Shown: positions 1 to 10,195, numbered from the stretch's first letter. The stretch is DNA of 45,227 bases from a candidate division FCPU426 bacterium (GCA_030637655.1 DAOWGI010000016.1:1-45227); one strand, 5' to 3'. Notes: a model not told the origin generated them from the letters alone. Translations and numbers: made by a program.

Positions 1-1
1 A

Positions 2-1402
2 GCTGCTTTAAAGCAAAGAGAAAGCATGGAAAGTCAGGCTGAAGAGCTGGCAGCCAAATTGAATCTGCAGGATATGCTGAATGCCATGCCAGAGCTAAAG
101 GGATGGGAACATGATATTAAAAAAGTGATGTTAGCCATTGCCAAAATGAAAGACCTGCCTGCGGGGAGCACGGCTGCTGTATTACAGGCTATGGTTAAGG
201 AGAGCGCCGGTTTAGGCGAAACAGAGGAGCAGGTAGGTTTAGGCATCATCGACTTGCTGCTGAATGAGGCAAAGACAAAGCCCGGAGCGCATCTGCGTGA
301 TCCGGCTGCTATAGAAGAGGGAATAGCCCCGGCCATGAGCCTGTTGTCCATGCAAAACGCGTATAACGCGCAGTTGGAAGTGGTGGAACAGGCAATTAGG
401 GACCTGGAAACAGCAGGTTTCAGTGAGGGGCTGGTCAAAAGGCTGGAAATGGCCGGGGATGTAATGAAGGCAGTAAAAGGCAGAGAAACCGGCAAATTAG
501 GAGAACTGGGACCAGAGTTGGGTATGCAATTGAAGGCGGAAATCAGCCATATGAACCAAGTCCGGACGCCGGGCATGAAAATGCGCGTTATTGGTGAAAG
601 TTTGGCGCAAAAAGCGTATATGGTGAGCATGGGAGAAGTCAACACAGTGAAAATCGCTGGAATTCCCATGCAAGTACCGGTGATTAACCTGGTATATGAT
701 TTACTGGAAGTACAAGGAGAGCTAATAGACCGGGAATTGATGGTAGCGGATATCCAGGGAGAAGTCTTGCCAATAAATGTGACTGCTGTACAGTACCAGG
801 GCGAACGCGTAAAGCTGCGAGCAGCGCCTAAAGGATCCGGAAGCTTTCTGCTGAACATTATATCTATAATACCCACGCGGCGTATGCATCAAATGGCTAT
901 GCAGGAGAACGCGCGAGGGTATCTGGAAAAAATTGTAGAGCAGTTGCCAATAGAGAGTAAAACCTTCAGAGAGATGATGGCGGACGAGGAGAGCTCAGTG
1001 ATGCAGGCCTACTGGGAGTTTGTGGAAAAACCCAGCCGCAGAAATGAGCAGCGTTTTATCAGGACCTTATTACAGACAGTAAAAGATGATATGCTGGCGG
1101 CGGATATTACTAATAGCTATGCCAGATTTAAAGAGTCGGAAGTGTTTGTGGACAGCCTGTTCTCAGAGATGAAGGCGCTGACGCCGAGTAAGAAGATAGG
1201 CCGCTGGTTATCCGGAGCGCCTGGAGTGGTTTTGGGCAAGCCGATACATATGCCGGGAGTGTTAAGGGAAATTGGCGGAAATAGCGGAATGGGCGCCTGG
1301 TATAGAATTCTTAACCATAATCAGAGTCCGTCAAAAGTGGATGAGAACAAGTTTGAAATGCAGCGGCGCCGGCTCTTCTACAGCACTTCTGTGGCCGCGT
1401 AA
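2..1402 (+). CDS. 3' part of a larger hypothetical protein (5'-truncated by the window), helical/charged, ends ...STSVAA
   Basis: The frame of the 26..1402 ORF stays open back to position 2 (gct gct tta aag caa aga gaa agc ATG). A strong terminator follows. No family motif recognised. Confidence 0.75.
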   Translation, partial: AALKQRESMESQAEELAAKLNLQDMLNAMPELKGWEHDIKKVMLAIAKMKDLPAGSTAAVLQAMVKESAGLGETEEQVGLGIIDLLLNEAKTKPGAHLRDPAAIEEGIAPAMSLLSMQNAYNAQLEVVEQAIRDLETAGFSEGLVKRLEMAGDVMKAVKGRETGKLGELGPELGMQLKAEISHMNQVRTPGMKMRVIGESLAQKAYMVSMGEVNTVKIAGIPMQVPVINLVYDLLEVQGELIDRELMVADIQGEVLPINVTAVQYQGERVKLRAAPKGSGSFLLNIISIIPTRRMHQMAMQENARGYLEKIVEQLPIESKTFREMMADEESSVMQAYWEFVEKPSRRNEQRFIRTLLQTVKDDMLAADITNSYARFKESEVFVDSLFSEMKALTPSKKIGRWLSGAPGVVLGKPIHMPGVLREIGGNSGMGAWYRILNHNQSPSKVDENKFEMQRRRLFYSTSVAA

Positions 1403-1429
1403 TTTCGGTTCACAATTCCCGCAATACTC

Positions 1430-1461
1430 AGGGGCGGCCTGGAAAAGGCCGCCCCTTTTTT
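1430..1461 (+). terminator. Rho-independent terminator
   Basis: aggggcggcct-ggaaa-aggccgcccct (perfect 11-bp stem) followed by a T run. Confidence 0.9.
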
Positions 1462-1503
1462 ATAACTGGGACACATTATTGCGTTTCAGACAGGCAATTT
1501 GGG

Positions 1504-1532
1504 TTGTCTTTGAAGTTAAAATAATCTATAGT
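1504..1532 (+). promoter_or_regulatory. Putative sigma70 promoter of the GH gene at 1610
   Basis: TTGTCT-17 nt-TATAGT; RBS aaggagga precedes ATG 1610. Confidence 0.5.
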
Positions 1533-1609
1533 ATCACAAATATTTTGTAGTTTTTTTTCGGTTTTCTTCATCTTTAATTATACATACCACCAAGGAGGAA
1601 AACATTATT

Positions 1610-4396
1610 ATGAAGAAAATGCTATTCCTAACGCTTTTAGTCGTGTTTGTGCTGCCAACCTTAAGTTGGGGTGATAAAATCACAACTAAGACGTCTCAGG
1701 ACAAAACCTATATTTTTGCTCATTATATGACTTGGTTTAAAACACCTGAAATCAGTGGTCACTGGACGCATTGGTCTTGGGGCAAGAAACCACATAAACA
1801 TGATCCTGATAGAACCTTACAGAGTGGAAAGAAAGATATTGCTTCGATCTACTATCCTGCTATCGGACCTTATGATTCCTCAGATGAAGATGTGATTGAG
1901 TATCATATACTCTTAGCCAAAGCAGCCGGTATTGATGGTTTTGTCATCAATTGGTACGGCTTTCGTGATGAAAATGACAATCTGCGCCATGAAGATCAAA
2001 GTTTTAAGAAGCTTCTGAAAATATCAGAAAAGCTTGGATTCTTAGTCTGTATTGATATTGATGATAAATGTATGTTCCTGCCTTTTAAACGTGTGAAAAA
2101 GAGATCAGAAAGCATTGATCTTGCTAAGCAGGCAATATCAGGAATCTGCACTGAATATGCAGATAGACCTGCTTATTTTCGCATGCAAGGTCGGCCGGTT
2201 ATTACAAATTTTGGCTGGGGACCACCATTTTATGCATTTAATAATGCCGTGAGTTTCTCGCCTGAAGAATGGGGCGAAATTTTAAAGCATGTCAGTCCTT
2301 ACAATATGCTCTTTATCGCAAATTACCAATGGCATTGGGGTAAAAGTATTGAACAAACAGGATTTTTAAAGATTGCAGACAGTATATATCCTTGGGTTTC
2401 CGGCGGGCCGGAAATGCGGGAAAAATTTTATCAGCAATCTCAAAAAGCATTGCAGCAAAAGAAAATTTCTTTTATTAGTGGTCAAGCTTGTCCTGGTTTT
2501 GACAGTTATGGAACCTGGGGTTGGGGCCATGGACGTTCGATTATTGATCGTAAAGACGGACAAACATACGAGACTACCTGGAAGGAGTCTTTGAAAAACC
2601 AGGCTAAGTGGATTCAGTTGATCACTTGGAACGATTTTGCTGAAGGATCGACCATTGAACCCACCAAGGAATATGGGACAAAATATTTAGCTATTACTGC
2701 AAAGTATGCGAAACAAGTGGGAAACCAGCATGTAAGTATCTCGGCCTTAGACTTGCCACGGGCGATTTATACACTGAAAAAGAATGTGAAAAAATCACAA
2801 ACAAAAAAACTGAGTAAAACTGAAAGCCGGAAACTCGTCAAGATCAACACAGCACTGGAAGATGCGGTCTCAGCTTTTGCCGCAGGCAAGTACAAACCGG
2901 CTAAAAAATTAGTGGCAAGTTCTGAATTAAAAATGAAGTCATTCTCACCTAAATTGAAAAAGCAAGCTCAAGTAAAAATTAAATTAGCGCCCAATAAAGT
3001 TGTGTTCAAGTCAGGGGAGCAAACCACGCTAACAGTGACATTGCACAATCCGACTGCCAATACAGTTGCGGGAACCTTGGTTTTTGATAGTGATGATGAC
3101 ATTCCAGCTGAGTGGTTCAATCAAGCTGAATGGCCGGTCTCAATTGGTGCTGGAAAAACGCAAAGCCAGGATGTGAAAATTTACGTGCCTAAACAAGCCG
3201 GGCGCGTGGATGCTTTATTAGAAGCGCGTTTTAAGACCAAACAAGGTGATGTCCTAAAATCACGTGTTGTTGATGTTAGTGTGAAATCAGTGTCTCTGCA
3301 TGCGGATATTGGTGATAAATATATATTAACACCGAATAAACCTGGAAAAGTAATTGTGCGCCTGCTTACCAATGAACATGCTATGGCAAGCGGCAATATT
3401 ACTTTGGCTGTGCCTGCTGGTTGGAAAGTATCTCCTGAAAAGCAAACCTACAAAGTTGTGGGGACGGATATTAAAGAGTATGTTTTTACAGTCACGTCAG
3501 CTCCGAGTAAGAGCGTGGAAATCATAACTGTCCGGATCAGCTCGAAGAGCGGGGATGAAATAAGTATTTTTCAACCCTTTCGAGCACTCGCCGGCAAAGA
3601 AGCTGTTATGTTTGAAGCTGATGTGAACAGTGATGGAATAAAAGATGTGGTGCTTGGGAATAAGGCCATTGAAGTTCACGTTTCGGCTGGTTTAGGAGGG
3701 CGGATTTTAGCTTATTATTCTCGGGCAACCGGCAGCAATCAGCTTTATTTAGATTATCCGAGTTTAGAGAATATGAGTCCTAATTTTTCACAGGATTGGA
3801 TCGAGTATGGCGGTATTAATGATACTTATCCTGCTTGGCCGGGTGAAGTGTGGAATAATGAATGGAGTTTTGCCATTAAGAAGAAAGGTTCTGAGCGTGT
3901 TCTTGAAATGACTACGACCACGGAAAATCAGCTGCTACTCGAACGTAACATTGTGCTTGATGATGAAAATCCGGTGCTTAAAGTAATCTATACTGTTACT
4001 AATAAAAGCAAGCAAGATGCGCGCTTTACGTGGGAAAATCATCCTGATCTCTCACCTGGACCAGCTGCGGCTTCTCATGGAAAACATACCATTGTTGTGC
4101 CTACTAAAGAGGGTGTGATTCAGGAAGTTTTTAAACCCAGTTTGACCAAGAGTTATTATACACCTAGTGAAAATTGGTGTGTGGCCTGGGATAAAGGGAG
4201 CGGAGAATATTTTGCTCAACGTTTTGATTTGGATATGGCCAAACAAATTGGCGCTTGGAAAGGTAAAACCTTTTTTACTGTAGAAGTCATTTCTAAAGCT
4301 ATTGAGTTACGTCCTGGCGAGAAGAAAGTATTTAAGCTTGAGTACAGGATAGGTAAACAGGATTGGCAAAAAGCACTAGGCGTGAAGATGAAATAA
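1610..4396 (+). CDS. Secreted GH99/GH71-like glycoside hydrolase + Ig-like (NEW3-like) domains + C-terminal galactose-mutarotase-like beta-sandwich
   Basis: Signal peptide; AHYMTWF, IASIYYPAIGPYDSSD..IEYH..LAKAAGIDGF..WYG, LITWNDFAEGSTIEP; VPAGWKVSP (NEW3-like); C-terminal GGRI..EYGGIND..W..HP. Confidence 0.85.
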   Translation: MKKMLFLTLLVVFVLPTLSWGDKITTKTSQDKTYIFAHYMTWFKTPEISGHWTHWSWGKKPHKHDPDRTLQSGKKDIASIYYPAIGPYDSSDEDVIEYHILLAKAAGIDGFVINWYGFRDENDNLRHEDQSFKKLLKISEKLGFLVCIDIDDKCMFLPFKRVKKRSESIDLAKQAISGICTEYADRPAYFRMQGRPVITNFGWGPPFYAFNNAVSFSPEEWGEILKHVSPYNMLFIANYQWHWGKSIEQTGFLKIADSIYPWVSGGPEMREKFYQQSQKALQQKKISFISGQACPGFDSYGTWGWGHGRSIIDRKDGQTYETTWKESLKNQAKWIQLITWNDFAEGSTIEPTKEYGTKYLAITAKYAKQVGNQHVSISALDLPRAIYTLKKNVKKSQTKKLSKTESRKLVKINTALEDAVSAFAAGKYKPAKKLVASSELKMKSFSPKLKKQAQVKIKLAPNKVVFKSGEQTTLTVTLHNPTANTVAGTLVFDSDDDIPAEWFNQAEWPVSIGAGKTQSQDVKIYVPKQAGRVDALLEARFKTKQGDVLKSRVVDVSVKSVSLHADIGDKYILTPNKPGKVIVRLLTNEHAMASGNITLAVPAGWKVSPEKQTYKVVGTDIKEYVFTVTSAPSKSVEIITVRISSKSGDEISIFQPFRALAGKEAVMFEADVNSDGIKDVVLGNKAIEVHVSAGLGGRILAYYSRATGSNQLYLDYPSLENMSPNFSQDWIEYGGINDTYPAWPGEVWNNEWSFAIKKKGSERVLEMTTTTENQLLLERNIVLDDENPVLKVIYTVTNKSKQDARFTWENHPDLSPGPAAASHGKHTIVVPTKEGVIQEVFKPSLTKSYYTPSENWCVAWDKGSGEYFAQRFDLDMAKQIGAWKGKTFFTVEVISKAIELRPGEKKVFKLEYRIGKQDWQKALGVKMK

Positions 4397-4453
4397 GGAA
4401 GTTATGACATATTATCATGGGAGAGCTTATATAATAATGAAGGAAACGTCTGT

Positions 4454-6157
4454 ATGAAGAAGAAATTGTATGGGTTTAAAGTTTCGACCTGCTATTTTGC
4501 AGGTTGGGCAGGTGTTGGAATCGCACTGGGTATGTTTATATTGTTAGCGCTGATTTATCCGAACGTACTCAATGAACACGATCATATGCCCGGTTTGTTC
4601 CTTGGTGCCACGGTATTGCTAGGCTATATTGGTTTTAGCGGTATGGTCTATTTGCGTTTAGGCAAAATTGTTAGTTGTGCGCTCAAGAAAAATGGTGCCA
4701 AACCGATATTATCAACACCTGTGATCTGGTCCAATGGTATGCTCGGTCATGAGAAAGCCTACCGTGATCTACAAAAAAACAAACCCGGCATTATTCAGCA
4801 AATCCGGTATTTCAATCAGTTTGATAATTCCTGGGAAGGTATGTTGGCAATTTTACCAGGGGTTCAAAGGCTAAACCAGGTGTTTTTTTTGCATGAATTT
4901 TTTAAAGAACCACGGCCTCTAAAAGTGCGGCCTCAAATACAACCTTATGTATGGGGTAAACAGACTGATGAATCTTTTATTCTAAAATTTTTAAATACTC
5001 AACTCCATGATTCGCAAAAAGCGAGTCAGATTGCGGAATTGTGGTTTGGTGCACATGAGAAGAATCCAGGACGCGTTGGTCCCAAATGCCGGAATATGGA
5101 TTTGGATGAGTTTTCTCTAATTGCCGGCGAAGTTTTGCTGGGAACCAACCGTCGGAAAATTGGACAACTTTTTAAAGTCCTGGATGCAGTTGAACCTTTA
5201 TCCATTCAAATGCATGAGCGTTATAAACCGGATTCCAAGAATGAATGCTGGATGATCATTATTGATTATAAGCGTTTGATGGCAGAGAATAAAGACCAAA
5301 AAATCGCAGAATTATATCTGGGATTCCGTCCACTGGAAGAGATCGAGGGATCACGTTTGCCGGATTTTGCCTATGGCTATGCTAGGTTATCCAGTGAGCA
5401 AGAGAAGAACAAATACTATCAGGAGCACTTTGGGCAGGCTTTGGAAAGAGGAATTACTGATACAGAAGGCTTGGAGATCAAGGCCTATCTGAATAAATAT
5501 GAAGTGCGCTGGGAAGCAGGCCAGGTTGAACTCTATTTAAATGAAGTGAAGCAATCAGCTGAGGTCAAAGCTAAATACGGATTAACCGGCAATCGTCTAA
5601 TGATTAATGTGCCCGGTGCAACAGTTCATGCCCTGGCTTATGGCACTATCTATGAATTGCAGGAGACTGCGGATAAAACACTACGCTTGTATGATCAGGG
5701 CCGGAATGATCCGAAGCGTCCTTTGCATATTGAGGAAGCTTTAGGAAAACTGGATTATACACCGCGTAAACCTCTTGACTATATGGTCTCGCCGGTTTCT
5801 TTGGATGCCCGGACTATTAATTTAATCCGCACGCCCCTATATGCTATGGATGAAATTCAAATCCAGGGAAGCGAAGAGCAAGCCTTGGAATATACGGTTA
5901 CAATGTCGCAAAGTTATCAAATGCTCGTGGTTGCTCAAAGCGAAGGGGAAAACTATCTGACTTATAAAAAGCGAAAAATATTGCTTCAGCAGGGTAATAT
6001 GTACATCATACCAGTACGTGTTCAATCCTATGCCCTAATGACCCGGGGAAAACTGACAATACTCAAAGCCTATGAAGCAACTTCAGCTGAGATTGCTGAA
6101 TTACAGGCCAAGCGAGGCACGTATTTTTGGGAAAAACCCGGTTTTTTTGAAGCCTAA
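4454..6157 (+). CDS. manA: Type I mannose-6-phosphate isomerase (cupin) with two N-terminal transmembrane helices
   Basis: QPYVWG, AELWFGAH, KVLDA..PLSIQMH, K.E.W, PGATVHA, YELQETAD.T.RLYD.GR, RPLHIEEA; hydrophobic stretches at about aa 14-36 and 46-68. Confidence 0.8.
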   Translation: MKKKLYGFKVSTCYFAGWAGVGIALGMFILLALIYPNVLNEHDHMPGLFLGATVLLGYIGFSGMVYLRLGKIVSCALKKNGAKPILSTPVIWSNGMLGHEKAYRDLQKNKPGIIQQIRYFNQFDNSWEGMLAILPGVQRLNQVFFLHEFFKEPRPLKVRPQIQPYVWGKQTDESFILKFLNTQLHDSQKASQIAELWFGAHEKNPGRVGPKCRNMDLDEFSLIAGEVLLGTNRRKIGQLFKVLDAVEPLSIQMHERYKPDSKNECWMIIIDYKRLMAENKDQKIAELYLGFRPLEEIEGSRLPDFAYGYARLSSEQEKNKYYQEHFGQALERGITDTEGLEIKAYLNKYEVRWEAGQVELYLNEVKQSAEVKAKYGLTGNRLMINVPGATVHALAYGTIYELQETADKTLRLYDQGRNDPKRPLHIEEALGKLDYTPRKPLDYMVSPVSLDARTINLIRTPLYAMDEIQIQGSEEQALEYTVTMSQSYQMLVVAQSEGENYLTYKKRKILLQQGNMYIIPVRVQSYALMTRGKLTILKAYEATSAEIAELQAKRGTYFWEKPGFFEA

Positions 6158-6330
6158 TCGATTTATTATTTACAAATCTCTTACTTTATGGTAACAATTT
6201 TAAATCGCAGTTTGGATCACTCGTCCGGGATGCTCGATTCTTTTCTAACCACACCTATTGTTCCCTGACAAACTTAAAATCATAACCACACCACCTGCCA
6301 CACTTTGAGCATTGTAGGGAGGAAAGCCAA

Positions 6331-7662
6331 GTGAAGAAATATTTATTATGCTTGTTTATGTTCTTGCTTATGCTGGGGATACAGACTCAGGTGCATAGTA
6401 CGATCAGCACAGCTGAGAAAGCTGTTTTTGTGCATATGATGATTAGTTTTGCCACTCCGGAAATTTCTGGTCGCTGGGATGGCTGGAATCACAGTAATCA
6501 GAAAATCAAGCATTATCCTGATGTGCTGAAATCCAATGGTCAAAGGGATATTGCTTCTGTCTATTACCCAATTATTGGGCCCTATGATATGACAGATCCG
6601 CATTTGGTGGAATACCACTGCCAACTCATGAAAATGTCGGATATTGACGGTGCGGTTTTTGATCTGGGATTTTTTATTGAACCCAATACACTGGATAAGA
6701 AAAAGGCTGATTTTACCTACCGCTCAATTCAATTATACCTACAATATTTTAAGGCATACCACCTTAAAGGTGCGGTTCTCTTTGAGGATAAGGCCAACTG
6801 GATTTGGAATGACAAATTAAAGACGCGTGAAGATACGGTGGAAGCTGCGATTAGCGATTTGGAAAACTGGATGGGTGTGTTTATGCCGATTCAATATAAA
6901 ATAGACGACAAACCGCTGCTCTTCATTTACAGTTATAATCAGACTGTGGGAGCGCGTGGAAAAAGCCGGTTATCACCTGTTGAATTGAAAGCCTGGAAAA
7001 AGACATATCCCCGCAGGATCCGGCCTATTGTGTTGGCCAATGAGTATCATGCGGACTATTATGGTGTGCATGATGGTGTATTTCAATGGCCCGAGATCAT
7101 TGGTCCACCTCCTAAAAACACAGATTATACTTTTTTTAATGATCTGGAAAAAGAAAAGCGTTTATGGAAGATCAACGACCTATCCATCAAAGAGCAGATG
7201 GAGAAAAGGGAATATAAATGGGTTTGCGGGACTATTTGGCCGGGATTCAATGATGCCGGCTGCATGTCCTGGGGGTCTGGACATAAAGTAATTCCGCGCT
7301 ACTCCGGAGATTTGTATAAATATCATTGGGAGCGGGTCATACATACCCAATATCCGCTTGTATTGATTGCCACTTGGAATGATTGGTTTGAAGGAATTAA
7401 CATCGAACCAGCCAAGGAGTTTGGCTATCATTATCTGGAATTAACACGGCAATGGGCCGGGCAATGGAAAGGTTCTCAGCCAACAACTGCGAATTTAAAA
7501 TTAGCTGAATGGATCTATATGATTCGAAAAAAATCGTCTCATAGCCGGAAAGCTCTAAATGCTGCAGATCAGGCTAGCCGCGCAATCATGCAAGGAAATT
7601 ATGAAAAAGCAGAAAATCTGCTAAAACCATTTGTACAAGTCTTGAAAATAGCTGAACAATAA
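6331..7662 (+). CDS. Secreted GH99/GH71-like glycoside hydrolase, paralog of the catalytic domain of 1610..4396
   Basis: GTG start with RBS gggagga; signal peptide; DIASVYYPIIGPYD..DP..VEYH..LMK..IDG, WPGFND, IATWNDWFEGINIEP..EFG..YL. Confidence 0.85.
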   Translation: MKKYLLCLFMFLLMLGIQTQVHSTISTAEKAVFVHMMISFATPEISGRWDGWNHSNQKIKHYPDVLKSNGQRDIASVYYPIIGPYDMTDPHLVEYHCQLMKMSDIDGAVFDLGFFIEPNTLDKKKADFTYRSIQLYLQYFKAYHLKGAVLFEDKANWIWNDKLKTREDTVEAAISDLENWMGVFMPIQYKIDDKPLLFIYSYNQTVGARGKSRLSPVELKAWKKTYPRRIRPIVLANEYHADYYGVHDGVFQWPEIIGPPPKNTDYTFFNDLEKEKRLWKINDLSIKEQMEKREYKWVCGTIWPGFNDAGCMSWGSGHKVIPRYSGDLYKYHWERVIHTQYPLVLIATWNDWFEGINIEPAKEFGYHYLELTRQWAGQWKGSQPTTANLKLAEWIYMIRKKSSHSRKALNAADQASRAIMQGNYEKAENLLKPFVQVLKIAEQ

Positions 7663-7735
7663 TAGTAAATAAGCGTTTCAAAACGAAACAAAAATAGTTT
7701 TAATATTAAAATAAAATCGTATTATAAAGCGATGA

Positions 7736-7764
7736 TTGGATTTCCCGTAAATATATGCTATACT
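7736..7764 (+). promoter_or_regulatory. Putative extended -10 sigma70 promoter
   Basis: TTGGAT-17 nt-TATACT with TG at the extended -10 position. Confidence 0.45.
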
Positions 7765-7765
7765 T

Positions 7766-7812
7766 AAAATACAAACTTAACCAAAACATCCAAAATGTCA
7801 AGTTTGTATTTT
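7766..7812. repeat. 13-bp perfect inverted repeat (operator or 5' hairpin)
   Basis: aaaatacaaactt-21 nt-aagtttgtatttt directly after the putative -10. Confidence 0.55.
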
Positions 7813-7908
7813 CTTTGAAAATCGAATATTTCAAGGGGGAAAAGGAAATTTGTTGAAAAAAATGGAATCTAAAAAGTGGATATCGATTCTAAATTTTTTG
7901 GGGAACAA

Positions 7909-7940
7909 TGTAATAAAAACCCGCTTATTTGTATCTAATA
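7909..7940 (+). promoter_or_regulatory. Putative ECF-sigma-like promoter motif, copy 1
   Basis: TGTAAT-19 nt-TCTAATA; same spacing as at 10196 and 23541. Confidence 0.4.
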
Positions 7941-8256
7941 AAAAGTAAAGCAAGCTTTGTTTTTTTGAGGAAGTATGGTAGATTATGTATCATCTTTTTA
8001 CACATACAACCTTGCATTCATTACTATATTTACCCCTAAGTTTTTCATAGAGCTGTGTGGGTTCATGAAAAACAACAACTTGGATACTGGCATTTACAAC
8101 ACCTACTATTTTATTGAGCCGGACAATAAAAAAGTTTTGTATTCTGAAAGGGGGTTTGAGATCACATCATTTTAGGTTTTAAGGCAGTTTCGAAATCCAC
8201 GACAAAACCTACCAGTTTGACCACTGATTTTAAAAAAAACATGAGGTGAAAACATT

Positions 8257-8910
8257 ATGAAAAAATTACTTATTGCTGTATTAGGTATTGCAATGATTGC
8301 TATGGCATCAACCCAAAGTCGCGCCGCTTCGAACTGGGTTAATTATAATATTACAGTTACGATCGTTGCTGGTGAGAATTTGATTGAGACAGTAGATACA
8401 CCTGAAACTTGGGGAATTTTAACAGCAGGTGGAGGCGCAGTTTTTTCGAATAATACTGGTACAAATCCATTTGATGGCCAACCACGCATGTCAGTGCGAA
8501 ATGTCGGTTCCAGCACCATTGATTTACAAGTTCGCAGTCATGTTGGTGGGACGATTAGTTTTGCGACTACCGGGGTTGATGCCGCAGCAGTTGATGTTGC
8601 AACCTTAGCTGCAGTTTACACAGCGCAGAATAGTCAGGATGATGGTGCCGGCACTCCTTACTATATGCTGTTAAATGAGGACTTTGGTGTTGAGGATCTT
8701 CTACCTAGTGACGATACATTTGTATCTTGCTCTGTTGGTGATGACAACACCTTGGGTATTAATACCCATGCCGGGCCAGGTGCTAAAGGCTATAGCGTCG
8801 CGACGATGGAAGTTCGTCATCTTCGTTTTCGCTTTTTGCCACCAACATCAATAACCACGCCAGGTGATAACACTATTTATGTCGATATGCGAATTGTTGG
8901 TACTATCTAA
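8257..8910 (+). CDS. Secreted beta-rich putative fibre/pilin-like subunit A1
   Basis: Signal peptide, RBS gaggtg; G/T/A/D-rich; N-terminal NITVTI strand, PRMSV, C-terminal GYSV....RHLRFRF.PPT; paralog of 10552..11199. Confidence 0.6.
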   Translation: MKKLLIAVLGIAMIAMASTQSRAASNWVNYNITVTIVAGENLIETVDTPETWGILTAGGGAVFSNNTGTNPFDGQPRMSVRNVGSSTIDLQVRSHVGGTISFATTGVDAAAVDVATLAAVYTAQNSQDDGAGTPYYMLLNEDFGVEDLLPSDDTFVSCSVGDDNTLGINTHAGPGAKGYSVATMEVRHLRFRFLPPTSITTPGDNTIYVDMRIVGTI

Positions 8911-8925
8911 GAAGGGAATTATTTT

Positions 8926-8969
8926 TAGGAAGTGCCTAAACCAATATGTTTGGGCACTTCCTATTTTTT
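8926..8969 (+). terminator. Intra-operon terminator/stabilising hairpin after subunit A1
   Basis: taggaagtgcctaaac-caatat-gtttgggcacttccta followed by tttttt. Confidence 0.85.
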
Positions 8970-9045
8970 GTTGATTTAATAAAATATATTTGTGAAAAAA
9001 TGGCTTGAAAAATAAACGTCTGTGTCTCTGAGGAGTATAATCACT

Positions 9046-10008
9046 ATGTTTAAAAAAACACTGGCCATACTTTTTTGTTTATATATATGTTTTTCTTCTC
9101 AGGCAGAAGCAACAAAAGTTGAAAAAAATACACTGGGTACAAATTATTCCAAATTGAAAGTCGATAACCTACCCATTGGCAATACCATCAGTTTGAAAAA
9201 ATTGGTGAATTTGCCACTTATTGTCACCAATAATGCAAATCATTCAATATATGTTGAATTCAGCAGTTCAGTACCAACTAAATCTCCTGAAGGATATCAA
9301 CCGCTTAAAGATATATCCTGGATTACTTTTGATATAACTTCGGCAACCCTGACAGCACATAGTAAAATTGAAGTTGATGTACAAATAAAAATTCCAGATG
9401 ATGAAGACTTGTTCGGAAGTAAACTACATACCTATTTAAATGTTCATAAAAAACCACTTGGTAGAAGTGGTTTTCAGTTTGGCTTGCTTATGACAAGTCA
9501 TTTGTTTTTTTCCATTGCTCCTGAACGTAATGATGAAGCTCTTGCCAAAGCTTTGGAAAGCACTACGGATGCGAACTTTATTATTCAACCAGACCGGGTT
9601 GAATTGTTTGATATCAAAGCTGGACAGAAAGTTGATGTTGTAAATGAAAATAATGAAAAAATTGTCTTGAAAAATGAATCATCAAAAAAACAGACCTATT
9701 TATTAAACCTTGTTGATCCTAAAACTACTCTAGTAAAACCTGAATTAGATTCACAGCCTAGGTATGATGTGGATAATGTGAAAATTAAACCAGAAGAAAT
9801 TACATTGAATCCTGGAAAGCAACGTGACATAAAAATTAAAATCAATGTACCTGATACTGTGGATTTTAAAAAAGGGAAACTATTATATATGCTTTCTATT
9901 ACAAGTGGTGTTCCTAAGGGAGCCATTCAACAGTATTTGAGGATTTATTTGAATCCGAAGGATAAGACTAATCCGGAAAAAAGTAAGATGTTTTTAGAAA
10001 AGAAATAG
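9046..10008 (+). CDS. Secreted two-Ig-domain chaperone-like partner B1
   Basis: ATG 9046 with RBS gaggag; signal peptide; LG.NYS..K.DNL.I...SL.KLVNLPLIVTN and LFFSIAP shared with 11292..12254. Confidence 0.6.
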   Translation: MFKKTLAILFCLYICFSSQAEATKVEKNTLGTNYSKLKVDNLPIGNTISLKKLVNLPLIVTNNANHSIYVEFSSSVPTKSPEGYQPLKDISWITFDITSATLTAHSKIEVDVQIKIPDDEDLFGSKLHTYLNVHKKPLGRSGFQFGLLMTSHLFFSIAPERNDEALAKALESTTDANFIIQPDRVELFDIKAGQKVDVVNENNEKIVLKNESSKKQTYLLNLVDPKTTLVKPELDSQPRYDVDNVKIKPEEITLNPGKQRDIKIKINVPDTVDFKKGKLLYMLSITSGVPKGAIQQYLRIYLNPKDKTNPEKSKMFLEKK

Positions 10009-10081
10009 TGAAACTGTGTTTAGATTGGTGTGGTTGGGTTTGCGCGTATCATAATTTGGCGTGTAACCCTGTATCATTCAT

Positions 10082-10108
10082 GTAGGGGCACGGTACGCCT
10101 GTCCCTAC
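10082..10108. repeat. GTAG-tagged REP-like palindrome
   Basis: gtaggggcacggtacgcctgtccctac. Confidence 0.65.
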
Positions 10109-10195
10109 ATGAACGCTTGAATACCGAAAATATGTCTAAGTTGGAGGACCTCAAACGAGGACAAGCCCGAAAAAGCATAAAAAGTGAATATTTAT

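Noticed and set aside
34-876. 280-aa minus-strand ORF and the many other short antisense or alternate-frame ORFs in the track
   Set aside because: They are shadows of well-supported + strand genes, with no motifs or RBS.
7975-8175. 66-aa ORF in the leader of subunit A1 (has gaggaagt before ATG)
   Set aside because: No recognisable features and no counterpart in the A2 leader; cannot be supported, though not excluded.
7662-8256. Possible c-di-GMP or other riboswitch in the long leaders (also 10240-10550 and 23415-23822)
   Set aside because: No known aptamer consensus could be matched by eye; an Rfam/Infernal scan is needed.
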